From Candidatus Bathyarchaeia archaeon (lineage in GTDB: Archaea; Thermoproteota; Bathyarchaeia; Bathyarchaeales; Bathycorpusculaceae): DNA of 37,606 bases. The notes below the pieces were generated by a model that made no database searches, had not been told where the DNA came from, and was given only the letters and a program-made list of their open reading frames with translations. A program made the position numbers and the translations under genes. The stretch lies in assembly GCA_049512935.1 (NCBI GenBank), contig JBEKWR010000018.1, positions 1 to 37,606 on the forward strand, read 5' to 3'. Below are positions 18,706 through 27,238 of this stretch, piece by piece (positions within the stretch are counted from its first letter, which is position 1; each line of letters begins with the position of its first letter).

Positions 18706-19569
18706 ATGGGTGAAGAAAACGAAAATGATGAAAAGAAGAAGCAAGAAGAGAAACAACTTGAGAAAATAAAGACCTATGTAGGATCCTACCTTTTAGCGTC
18801 TTTGCTTGTGCTGATAGCAATCGCCGGCACCGTTTACCTTATGCACCTAAGCAGTGTACTCCTAAAAACGGTCTTGTACACGGGAGTTGCTGGGGGAATC
18901 GGCGGAGTATTCTACGGCATCAGAGGCTTCGTCTACCACAACGCCGAAGACGACTTCAAAACCGAGTGGGACTGGTGGTACATCTATCAACCAGTAACAG
19001 GATTCATAGTCGGCTTGTTCTCATACCTTTTGATCGTAGGCGGATTACTAACGTTAGGCACCGTTTCGACAGCGGATTACTCAAAAGGACTCGTGATCTA
19101 CCTTCCAATAGCATTCCTAGCAGGATTCGCCACGAAAAAATTCAACGAAAAACTCGACGAGTTAGCCTCAACTTTGTTTTCCGCAGGCCCCGATTCAGCC
19201 ACATCCAAAAGTCCAGCACCCGCCGTATCACTAGCCTTTTCTGACTTTCCAAATCCAGCTACCGCAGGCACCCCCGTTTCCTTCAAGGTTATTGCGAAGA
19301 ACGCCAAGAAAAAAACCGCGGCAGGCTACACTGGGACGGTTGCCTTTACATCGGATGATAAGCAGGCTGTTTTGCCGCCTAGCTACACGTTTGAAGCCAG
19401 CGAAAAGGGCGTTCACAAGTTTAAGCAAGCCGCCACTTTCAACTCCACAGGTTCCCACACGATCACCGTCACAGACTCAAAGGACAGCACAATCACGGGC
19501 TCACAAACGGTGACGGTTAACCCGCCGCCTACCCCGCCGCCAGCGACGCAAACACCGCCCACAAAATAA
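18706..19569 (+). CDS. Four-TM membrane protein with C-terminal Ig-like domain and Pro-rich tail
   Basis: TM motifs GGIGG, WDWWY..QP..G and AFLAGF. Ig-like TAG....F.V.A......GYTGTV.FTSDD.QA.LP..YTF. Confidence 0.7.
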   Translation: MGEENENDEKKKQEEKQLEKIKTYVGSYLLASLLVLIAIAGTVYLMHLSSVLLKTVLYTGVAGGIGGVFYGIRGFVYHNAEDDFKTEWDWWYIYQPVTGFIVGLFSYLLIVGGLLTLGTVSTADYSKGLVIYLPIAFLAGFATKKFNEKLDELASTLFSAGPDSATSKSPAPAVSLAFSDFPNPATAGTPVSFKVIAKNAKKKTAAGYTGTVAFTSDDKQAVLPPSYTFEASEKGVHKFKQAATFNSTGSHTITVTDSKDSTITGSQTVTVNPPPTPPPATQTPPTK

Positions 19570-19600
19570 ACAACCCGCAACAAAAGAAAAGCAGCCCCGC

Positions 19601-19680
19601 ACGCCTTTCCCCACCTTTTGGCATCTTTCCCAACCTTTCCGTATCTTTTCGTATCTTTTTAGACCTTCCCGCACCCTAAC
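19601..19680. repeat. Eight degenerate 10-bp tandem units (NNAYCTTTYY)
   Basis: acgcctttcc/ccaccttttg/gcatctttcc/caacctttcc/gtatcttttc/gtatcttttt/agaccttccc/gcaccctaac, with no indels between units. Confidence 0.7.
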
Positions 19681-19920
19681 CAGAACCAAATCGAAACCCC
19701 AAACCAAAAAAGCAACACAAAACACAAACACCCAAAAACCGAAGAGGACCTACTATTTACAACCAAAAGCCAACGCAAAAACATCCTAAAAAGCCAAGCG
19801 ACACCAACAAAACCCTCAGCGTCCATGGGCGGAAGTAGGAATCTTTTAACGGCGCGCAAAAGAATAATAACAAAAAGCAAACAGCATTAAATAGCACAGG
19901 CAAATTGAGGCTGAAATGAA

Positions 19921-21201
19921 ATGAAAGCTGTACTACTAGCGGCAGGCGAAGGCGTAAGGCTCCAACCGTTAACCGCAACCCGACCCAAACACCTAATCAG
20001 GGTAGGCGGCAAACCGATTCTCCAGTATTGCCTAGAAGCCGTCAAAAACGCAGGAATAGATGAGGCGCTCATCGTCACGCATTACATGGGCGACGCGATT
20101 CGCCAGTACTTTGGAGCAGGCGAAAAACTAGGCTTACACATCACCTACGCCGAGCAGAAAGCGGTGCTTGGAACTGGAAACGCCGCCAGCGTAGCCGAAC
20201 CGTACGTGAATGGCGACTTCGTCCTCGTTTACGGCGACTTATTGTTCGGGTTAGACGCAGTAAAAAATGTACTACAACAGTTTGAGCCTGGAAAAACAGC
20301 CGCAGTAGTCGCCGTGGTTCCCGTTGATAAGCCTGAAAACTATGGAATAATCGAATTGGACGAGAAAGCAAGAGTTAAACGCATAGTTGAGAAGCCTACC
20401 GCGGAAAAAGCGCCGTCAAACCTCGCAAACGCTGGAGTTTACGTGCTCTCACACGAAATTTTCGACAAAATACGGCAAACCAAAGCTTCCACCCGAGGAG
20501 AATGGGAACTAACTGAAGCTGTAACGCTACTTGCCAACGAAGGCAAACCTGTTTTGGCGGCGCAGCTTTCGAAAGATGACTGGTTTGACGTGGGCAGGCC
20601 ATGGGATCTGCTGGACGCTAACAATTGGGCGCTCAAACGCATGGAACACAAGGTTTTAGGCACCATTGAGCAGGGAGCGCACCTCATCGGTCCAGTCACA
20701 GTTGCAGAATCAGCCCGCATTCGTTCAGGCGCCTATATTGAAGGCCCCGTCTTCATCGACGAAGAATGCGACGTTGGACCAAACTGCTACATCCGCCCAA
20801 GCACAAGCCTCGGCAAAAAAGTCCGCGTTGGAAACGCCTGCGAAATCAAAAACAGCATCATCATGGCAAACACGCACATTGGGCACCTCTCGTACGTTGG
20901 CGACAGCATTCTTGGCGAACACTGCAACTTGGGCGCAGGCACCATAACGGCTAATTACCGACTTGACGCTGGCTCAATCAAAATGATGGTGAAAGACCAG
21001 CTGGTTAACACGGGAAGAAAAAAACTCGGCGCTGTTCTGGGCGACAACGTTAAGACAGGAATTAAATCGCTGCTTATGCCAGGCGTTAAGGTTGGCGCTA
21101 ACAGTTGGGTTGGACCAAACTTCATGGTGGAACGGGACCTGCCCGCTAACACAATGGCATTTCTAAAGCAAAACTGCGACATACAAGAAAAGAAAACCTA
21201 A
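19921..21201 (+). CDS. glmU: Bifunctional sugar-1-phosphate nucleotidylyltransferase/acetyltransferase (archaeal GlmU)
   Basis: LAAGEGVRLQPLT..RPK, LGTGNA and RGEWELT, followed by a hexapeptide left-handed beta-helix with HLSYVGDSILG..CNLGAGT. Confidence 0.93.
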   Translation: MKAVLLAAGEGVRLQPLTATRPKHLIRVGGKPILQYCLEAVKNAGIDEALIVTHYMGDAIRQYFGAGEKLGLHITYAEQKAVLGTGNAASVAEPYVNGDFVLVYGDLLFGLDAVKNVLQQFEPGKTAAVVAVVPVDKPENYGIIELDEKARVKRIVEKPTAEKAPSNLANAGVYVLSHEIFDKIRQTKASTRGEWELTEAVTLLANEGKPVLAAQLSKDDWFDVGRPWDLLDANNWALKRMEHKVLGTIEQGAHLIGPVTVAESARIRSGAYIEGPVFIDEECDVGPNCYIRPSTSLGKKVRVGNACEIKNSIIMANTHIGHLSYVGDSILGEHCNLGAGTITANYRLDAGSIKMMVKDQLVNTGRKKLGAVLGDNVKTGIKSLLMPGVKVGANSWVGPNFMVERDLPANTMAFLKQNCDIQEKKT

Positions 21202-21323
21202 AAAATCAAAGCAAGAATGAAGTAAGTTGAAAACATCAAGCCGCCAATCGTTTTCTTGTGTCACGAGTATATTAAAGATAAATAGTGGTAGTGCAATCTC
21301 GTATCCGTAAGGAGAAAATAAAC

Positions 21324-21746
21324 TTGTCCGTAGCGCAAAGAAAGTATTTCACTGAAGTCGCAGCGTTGGCAGATAAAAACGTGTGTGTAGTGACGACTAC
21401 TGGAAAAATATTCAACGGTACACTCATCGGTATTAACCAGGACAACATGAGTCTTTGCATAGCTGACGCTAAAGATGAAATTGGAACCTTGCTTCATCGA
21501 GTTTTCTTAAATGGGAACGTGGTTGCTCAAATTTCAAGCGCTGAAAAACCCTTCGACCTCAAAGCCTTAGCTAACAGACTTGAAAAAGTCTTCCCCACCA
21601 TGGTTAAACTTTATGACGACAAGGGTTTCATCTGGGTCATGGATAAAGTGAAACTAACCGAGAAAGGCGTCGTTGAAGGCTCAGGTCCAGCCGCCGACCG
21701 AGTGCAAAAAGTTTACGAGCAGTTCATGAGTGAAGTTAAACCCTAA
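21324..21746 (+). CDS. Sm-like protein with C-terminal extension (SmAP3-type Lsm)
   Basis: Sm1 motif V.V.TTTGKIFNGTLIG and Sm2 motif VFLNGNVVAQI, plus the C-terminal FDLKALA.RLEKVFP...VVEGSGPAA domain. TTG at 21324 follows an AAGGAG SD; the ORF track starts at 21285. Confidence 0.85.
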   Translation: MSVAQRKYFTEVAALADKNVCVVTTTGKIFNGTLIGINQDNMSLCIADAKDEIGTLLHRVFLNGNVVAQISSAEKPFDLKALANRLEKVFPTMVKLYDDKGFIWVMDKVKLTEKGVVEGSGPAADRVQKVYEQFMSEVKP

Positions 21747-22495
21747 ATAAACCAGCGCAGTTGCTCTTCCTCTTTCTTCTTTTCTTCTGTTATGCTTCTT
21801 ATGATGCCGAATGATTCTAAAATCTTCTTAATCTCCCCGCCGCTTTCCTCAATCGTTGACAGGTCCACGTTGAGATTCAAGTATTTTCCAAGAGTAATCA
21901 AGGCGTACCGTGCAGCGTTCACGTCAGGGTTCATGCCAGGCGTGTCGACAAGCAACGAGAAGCCCTTCATGTTTTTTATCCTTGCTAAACCAACAGATAA
22001 GCCAGCGATGCCGAAAACGTGCCCAACCATCACTTTTGTGCCTAAATCAAGCGCTTCCTGCATCGTTTCCAAATCCGTTGCGGTGCTGTAAATTCCCGGC
22101 ACTGGTTGAGCCTCGTCTTTCTTGAAGCCGCCGATTGAAATTACCAGTCGGCACCCGTACTGCTGAGCCAAATCAAGCACCTTGCCCACAAGCTCGTATT
22201 GCCCAACCGTCGTCAGCGCCTGAGTGTTACCGTACCAGATGATCAAGTCGCGTCCGCCATCCGCCCGCCTGGCGTAGTAGAGTTCGTTGATGGGTGAAAG
22301 AGCCCTGCCGTTTGCGGTTGTAACAGCGAAGTCCTGAAATGACGAGGAGAAGATTTGGACGAACCGCTTGGCTTTCAACTCTTTTATGAGGTGTAGCGCC
22401 GCGATGTTGGCTACGAATCCTATGCCTGGTAACCCTTCTATGAGGATCGGGTCGTTTAGTTGCGGTGTCTCGCTGATGTCTACTGCGCAAACCAT
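21743..22495 (-). CDS. PAC2-family proteasome assembly chaperone-like protein
   Basis: PILIEGLPGIGFVANIAA.HLI..L, ISIGG, GIAGL and PDVNAA. Confidence 0.88.
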   Translation of the reverse strand: MVCAVDISETPQLNDPILIEGLPGIGFVANIAALHLIKELKAKRFVQIFSSSFQDFAVTTANGRALSPINELYYARRADGGRDLIIWYGNTQALTTVGQYELVGKVLDLAQQYGCRLVISIGGFKKDEAQPVPGIYSTATDLETMQEALDLGTKVMVGHVFGIAGLSVGLARIKNMKGFSLLVDTPGMNPDVNAARYALITLGKYLNLNVDLSTIEESGGEIKKILESFGIIRSITEEKKKEEEQLRWFI

Positions 22496-22835
22496 GGTTT
22501 AACATCTCTTTTGCCAACTATAGACAAACATTGCGATATAAGGATGCTGACCACACCGCATTTGGCTGGGTCAGGCTTAAAGCTGCGAAAGAACCCCTGT
22601 CGGGCGGCAAAAAGAAGGAAAAAACTCGTATCATCAACAACAACATCAACAACAACTTTTGGGGTTTACGAAAAGGAAAGAAGGAAGCGGCGAACGTGGA
22701 AAACGGCTTTGCATGTCTGACGCAGCCCTTCAACGGCGCCTGCAAAAAGCAACGGTTGTTTTTCTTTGGTTGCAACATGCGGCAAATGCTAGAAAGGCAT
22801 ATAAGAGTTAAAAGTTAAACGGTAGGCGATCAACC

Positions 22836-24128
22836 ATGCGTTCACAAAAGACCAACGCTGCCCTCTTCGTTCTCTTAACGCTGATGCTTCTTGCAACTTT
22901 CGCGCCCTTTTTAGCTAACAAGGCGTACGCGCAGACCAGCGGGAACTACTGGATCACGGTGAAGCCGACAGGTGATTCCCAATTTTACACCACGATCGGA
23001 AGAAACTGGACGTTGTCGTTTGAGGCGGTGTGGAGCTACGGCAGCAGTTCAGGTCAACTCGTAAGCAACGCGATGGTTGCGATGCAGGTTTCAGGAGAAA
23101 AAGAAGGCGCGTTAGGCAGTCTTGATCTAAATTCGACGTCTGGCGAGTTCTCATTCAATTATTCTTCAACAACCGCCGACATCATAACCTTCACGCCATC
23201 AAAGGTGGTGACGCAAGATGGAACCCAATACAGTTCAGCCCTCATGAAAAACAGTGGAAATCAAACGTACGGTCTACTGGCGAAGTCAGTCACCGTTTGG
23301 TGGGACACATTCCAAGTTTCCCTCGTAAATTACAACACTGACGCAGCGGGTACCGTGTCGGTCACGGTGAACGTTACCTACCTGTTGCTTCCCGAGGCAG
23401 GCTTAACCCTCCCAGCGCAGGACACTTATTCAAACCAGACTTTTCTTCCCAAGATAGCTAGCCAAGCAAACGTAGCCATCAACGGCATAACAGCCCAAGA
23501 AACGTCGGTGCCTGGCGAGTATTCAGCGACGGTTTCCACGGCGTTCCCCACGGCATACGTGCTTGTAGCCGCCTCACAGAACGGTTGGACCACAACCCAC
23601 ACTGCCTTTGGCTTCACGCAGAAAGCAAACGAAACGCTCTGGGGTTACGGAGTAATTATCGGTTTAATCCTTGTGGCTATCTTGGCGTCGATATTTTTGG
23701 TTATGCGTAGAAAACCAGCGGAGCCTGCTGCCTTTGGGAGAAAAGGAAGGTTCCCCTTGATAGGCGGCGTTTTGCTGTTGCTTACTTCAGTTTTTAGCCT
23801 TTACTGGGGTGCCGTCGCGGTGGAGGCTACTTTACACGGGTTTAACTGGGCAATTATGGCGGTGGCGGGTTTGGGCGCCTTCGCCTTCGGTGTTTTAGGC
23901 GGCGTTCTGTCGCTGAAAAAGAAGAACGAAGCGCTGGTTATCTTTGCCGTGTGCACACTCTTGGTTGTTAACGTCGTTGTGCTCAAATACGCGTTTGACA
24001 CTTACGCGCTAACGGTTCCTTGGCTGTTTATCTTAGCAGCAACAGCCGTTTCTATAGTGAGCGGAGTTTTAATCACAAACTCAGACGAACAATTCTCCAA
24101 ACAAACAACCCACGACTCACCAGTCTAA
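22836..24128 (+). CDS. Secreted-domain membrane protein (signal peptide, beta-rich ectodomain, about five C-terminal TM helices)
   Basis: Signal peptide ending AYA, a Thr/Ser-rich ectodomain with NxS/T sequons and a hydrophobic C-terminal bundle. Confidence 0.7.
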   Translation: MRSQKTNAALFVLLTLMLLATFAPFLANKAYAQTSGNYWITVKPTGDSQFYTTIGRNWTLSFEAVWSYGSSSGQLVSNAMVAMQVSGEKEGALGSLDLNSTSGEFSFNYSSTTADIITFTPSKVVTQDGTQYSSALMKNSGNQTYGLLAKSVTVWWDTFQVSLVNYNTDAAGTVSVTVNVTYLLLPEAGLTLPAQDTYSNQTFLPKIASQANVAINGITAQETSVPGEYSATVSTAFPTAYVLVAASQNGWTTTHTAFGFTQKANETLWGYGVIIGLILVAILASIFLVMRRKPAEPAAFGRKGRFPLIGGVLLLLTSVFSLYWGAVAVEATLHGFNWAIMAVAGLGAFAFGVLGGVLSLKKKNEALVIFAVCTLLVVNVVVLKYAFDTYALTVPWLFILAATAVSIVSGVLITNSDEQFSKQTTHDSPV

Positions 24129-24267
24129 AAATCATGGCGCCCGACAGATTCCGCAGCAAGTACGCATCAGCAGAAAGCGTGCACTCATAGAAGCCATCAA
24201 AGAAACCCATCGACAACAAAAAGCGCCTGCCTAGCAAAGATCCAAGCGGAAAACGCCAAACTCAATC

Positions 24268-24579
24268 CTATGCAGTCATGGCTTTCTTCTTCAAGAAAAT
24301 TGCATCTACCAAGTATCTCTTATGACCTTTCTCTGTCTTACCTTCTACGTGCCTTTGACAAACAACTTCAACACTAGTTTGCTCTGCCGCCTTTCTTAAC
24401 TTCACCAACGCAGTGTTGAGGCTCACAGAAATATTCAGAACCAACTTTGCCGTGGAATTCTGGCTTTCCTCAAACTCATCCACTATCTCCTTCCAAGTCC
24501 CCTCTGGAACCGGTGAAGACTCCTTTTCTTCGGGCAATTTTGCTTCAAAATCGAATTCCCATGGTCTCTTATCCGCCAT
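24268..24579 (-). CDS. Small hypothetical protein (about 103 aa)
   Basis: Protein-like charged alpha/beta pattern from the ATG at 24579, with a TATA-like TTTTATATA upstream. No family recognised. Confidence 0.55.
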   Translation of the reverse strand: MADKRPWEFDFEAKLPEEKESSPVPEGTWKEIVDEFEESQNSTAKLVLNISVSLNTALVKLRKAAEQTSVEVVCQRHVEGKTEKGHKRYLVDAIFLKKKAMTA

Positions 24580-24834
24580 TTTCCATCTACTCCAAGTTAA
24601 CCCATTATGACTTCCAACAACCAACTATATAAAACATTTATGGCATGACATAAAAACCACTTAAAATCCCACAACCAATAATTCCATCTTCCTTAAAAGC
24701 AGCCGAGAAAACAATCAAAGGGCGTGAGGCTGCTCAATTCCCTTTTTGATGCATTTTATGCAAGAACTATTCTTGATAGTCGAGTAGGAAAATTCTTTAG
24801 GGTAGTGCTGCTCTTTTGGCTATTGAGATTGAAA

Positions 24835-24936
24835 ATGACCTTTGTTGTAAAGGTTACCCTGAAAGGTCAAGCAACCATTCTGTCAGACAATCCGCATTTT
24901 GACGTAATACCGGAAACCAAGAGAAGCTGGATCTGA
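24835..24936 (+). pseudogene. Collapsed abrB-vapC relic (antitoxin N-terminus fused to PIN C-terminus)
   Basis: MTFVVKVTLKGQATI (AbrB start) is joined directly to LSDNPHFDVIPETKRSWI*, which resembles the S.D.HFD.I...KR.W end of VapC proteins. Confidence 0.65.
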
Positions 24937-24970
24937 GAAAACCCCAGCCATCCCTCGATTTTTGAAATAA

Positions 24971-25028
24971 TGGTGCCGGGGGTGGGACTTGAACCCGTAA
25001 AGCACTGCGCCAGAAGATCTTGTCCTCC
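24971..25028 (-). pseudogene. tRNA-Leu 3' fragment, copy 1 (att-like remnant)
   Basis: The reverse complement reads GAGGAC--AAGATCTTCTGGCGCAGTGCTTTACGGGTTCAAGTCCCACCCCCGGCACCA. The anticodon loop lacks 2 nt and there is no 5' half. Confidence 0.8.
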
Positions 25029-25231
25029 TCTATCTTGGGTAACGGGTGGGTGTCTAAAGATTTAGTGCAAGCAGGACGTCATCGGTTGTTAAGGTTAATT
25101 CATTCGAATTCTCTAAATGCAAACAATGCCTTGGTTGTCTTTTTTTCTATAACAGCTTTTTTTGGCGAAACGGTTTGTTGTCGTGAAAATGTAAAAACTT
25201 TATTAAGATTTTTGTAGCAAATAAGCAACCA

Positions 25232-26341
25232 TTGCTTGAGGTAACCCATATTCAGAGTAGCGATAACTCAAAAAGTAGTGTCTTTCCACTCCCCGTAGAC
25301 CTAATCAGAACAGTCGCCATAATACTGGTCGTAACATATCATGTTGTTAACGAGTTCACGGGAGGAGTACCGCCGCTAAATTCTACAATGTACTTCGTTT
25401 ATTGGTCAGACCTCTTTCTGCCCTTCGTTGCGCTTGGTGTCCCTTTGTTTTTTATGTTAAGCGGCTCACTACTTCTTCAGCCATCTAAGGTCGACGAGCC
25501 AATCAGGGTGTTTCTTAAAAAAAGGTTAGCTCGCATTGGAACTGCTTTTGTTTTTTGGAGTGTCATCTACTTCATATGGGACTATTATGCGAATCATGTA
25601 GCGTTGACCCCTTATTCCATAACTCAATCGCTTTTGCAAGGAGGCGCCTATAACCAATTCTGGTTTATTTATGCAATCATGGGTCTATACCTGATAACGC
25701 CTGTCCTGCGAATGGTCGTTAAAACCGCCAACAGAAACATTCTGCGGTACATCATAATCCTATGGTTTATGGGGGCAATTGTTCCACCGTTTGTTCAGTT
25801 GGTAACAGGACTAAAAATTGATAATTCCCTGTTGCTGTTCGGTGGATACATCGGATACTTCGTTTTAGGCTTATATCTTATGGGCGTTAAAGTTAAAACT
25901 AAAATTCTTTTGGCGCTTCTGGCGGCAGGCTTAGCCTTAACTTTTGCTGGACTAATATTATTGGAGGTCCCTTTCAATAAATTAGGAGTCGTCTACGGAA
26001 ACAACTTTTTCTTCGATGGCTATAGCTCCGTGACTGTGGTTTTGTCTTCTGTTGCCGCTTTTCTGCTTCTAAGCAAGTTTCCAAGGAGCTGGCCTGGGAA
26101 CAGCAAACCTTGGTTTAGCAGACTGGTACGTTTTATAAGCGAAAACACTTTGGCAATCTTTTTCATGCATCAAATAGTTTTGCAGGTACTCAACAGTGGG
26201 ACATTAGGAATACGAATTAGCGTGCTAAATATTCCCTCACCAATCGAAATTCCAATAGCTACCGTATGCACTCTCTTTATCTGCTTAGGCTTAATTGCGG
26301 TCATAAAAAAAATTCCTATTGGCGGAAAATTAATTGGATAA
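25232..26341 (+). CDS. Acyltransferase-3 family membrane O-acyltransferase
   Basis: DLIRTVAIILVVTYH, GVPLFFMLSG.LLL, KKRLARI, FWFIY..MGLYLITP and I.F.H; about 10 TM helices. Confidence 0.9.
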   Translation: MLEVTHIQSSDNSKSSVFPLPVDLIRTVAIILVVTYHVVNEFTGGVPPLNSTMYFVYWSDLFLPFVALGVPLFFMLSGSLLLQPSKVDEPIRVFLKKRLARIGTAFVFWSVIYFIWDYYANHVALTPYSITQSLLQGGAYNQFWFIYAIMGLYLITPVLRMVVKTANRNILRYIIILWFMGAIVPPFVQLVTGLKIDNSLLLFGGYIGYFVLGLYLMGVKVKTKILLALLAAGLALTFAGLILLEVPFNKLGVVYGNNFFFDGYSSVTVVLSSVAAFLLLSKFPRSWPGNSKPWFSRLVRFISENTLAIFFMHQIVLQVLNSGTLGIRISVLNIPSPIEIPIATVCTLFICLGLIAVIKKIPIGGKLIG

Positions 26342-26390
26342 CTGTTTTTGCCAAAATCTAAATTAGGCTCATTGGAGAAAGCTACTTCAT

Positions 26391-27050
26391 ATGGCTCTAA
26401 GCAAGCGAAAAACTCTTCTTGCCGCAGTTGTCCTTATAGTCATATTGGCGTCCCTATCTATTTTTGAGTTTTACGAATTGCATGTTACTAGCCCTATACG
26501 AGTTGCCTGCATTGGAGACAGCATAACACGAGGTACAGAATACACGATTGATCTTTGGAAGTCACTTGGACAGAACTATATTGTATGCGATTTGGGTGTT
26601 GGCGGAGCCGCAGTGGCTCAGGTCACTGGCATGAGTTATGCCCGTCAGGCTGCTTTTGGAGTCGCATTGAATTTCAAACCAAACATAGTAATCATTATGT
26701 TGGGAACTAATGATGCAATAACTTCTCTAAACGAAACCAACGCTGCCTTTATCGCGGACTATTCGTCTCTTGTTCACAGTTTCCAATCACTTAGTACAAA
26801 ACCCACGGTTTGGCTTGTAGAGCCCCCTCCAATTTACGATAACACAATGTCTTATAGTAATGGCATTCTTATCAAAAACGTAATCCCAAACATCATACAA
26901 GTCGCCAACCAAACACATACTCACCTTATCGATGCTTATACGCCGCTCCTCAATCACCCAGAACTTTTTGTTGACGGCATACATCCCAGCGCCGACGGTG
27001 CCAAAATAATCGCCCAAGCAGTCTATACAGCATTGATTTCCCAAAAATAA
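26391..27050 (+). CDS. Membrane-anchored SGNH/GDSL hydrolase
   Basis: N-terminal TM helix; blocks GDSIT, GVGG, LGTND and DGIHP are intact. Confidence 0.9.
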   Translation: MALSKRKTLLAAVVLIVILASLSIFEFYELHVTSPIRVACIGDSITRGTEYTIDLWKSLGQNYIVCDLGVGGAAVAQVTGMSYARQAAFGVALNFKPNIVIIMLGTNDAITSLNETNAAFIADYSSLVHSFQSLSTKPTVWLVEPPPIYDNTMSYSNGILIKNVIPNIIQVANQTHTHLIDAYTPLLNHPELFVDGIHPSADGAKIIAQAVYTALISQK

Positions 27051-27108
27051 TTGTTGCGGTGGGGCTTAACGTCCCTCGTAAGCGTTACTATCGGGGGCAG
27101 TTGCTTTT

Positions 27109-27183
27109 TGGTGGCTGAGTGGGACTTGAAGACGGGTACTCAGCTTGCGAAACTGTTGTCCTACCGAACTATACTATAACCGC
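27109..27183 (-). pseudogene. Degenerate full-length tRNA-like sequence (tRNA-Gly-like 5' part)
   Basis: The reverse complement reads GCGGTTA TA GTAT AGTTCGGTA GGAC A ACAGT TTCGCAA GCTGA GTAC CCGTC TTCAAGT CCCAC TCAGCC A CCA. tRNA spacing, D-loop GG, T-loop and CCA are retained, but the T and acceptor stems do not pair. Confidence 0.6.
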
Positions 27184-27238
27184 GCTTTGCCGTTTTGTTA
27201 GAGTTGCGCCGACATATGGTTTTGTGGTATTTGTTATC

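Noticed and set aside
19501-19978. Minus-strand hydrophobic ORFs in the spacer before glmU
   Set aside because: Products of T/G-rich low-complexity sequence (Phe/Val/Leu/Gly bias), not credible membrane proteins.
22518-22818. ORFs, an (AAC)n tract and a CTGACC...GGTCAG hairpin between PAC2 and the membrane protein; considered as ncRNA or riboswitch
   Set aside because: The microsatellite explains the poly-Asn/Thr frames, and a single short stem without recognisable family motifs is not enough. An Rfam search would be needed.
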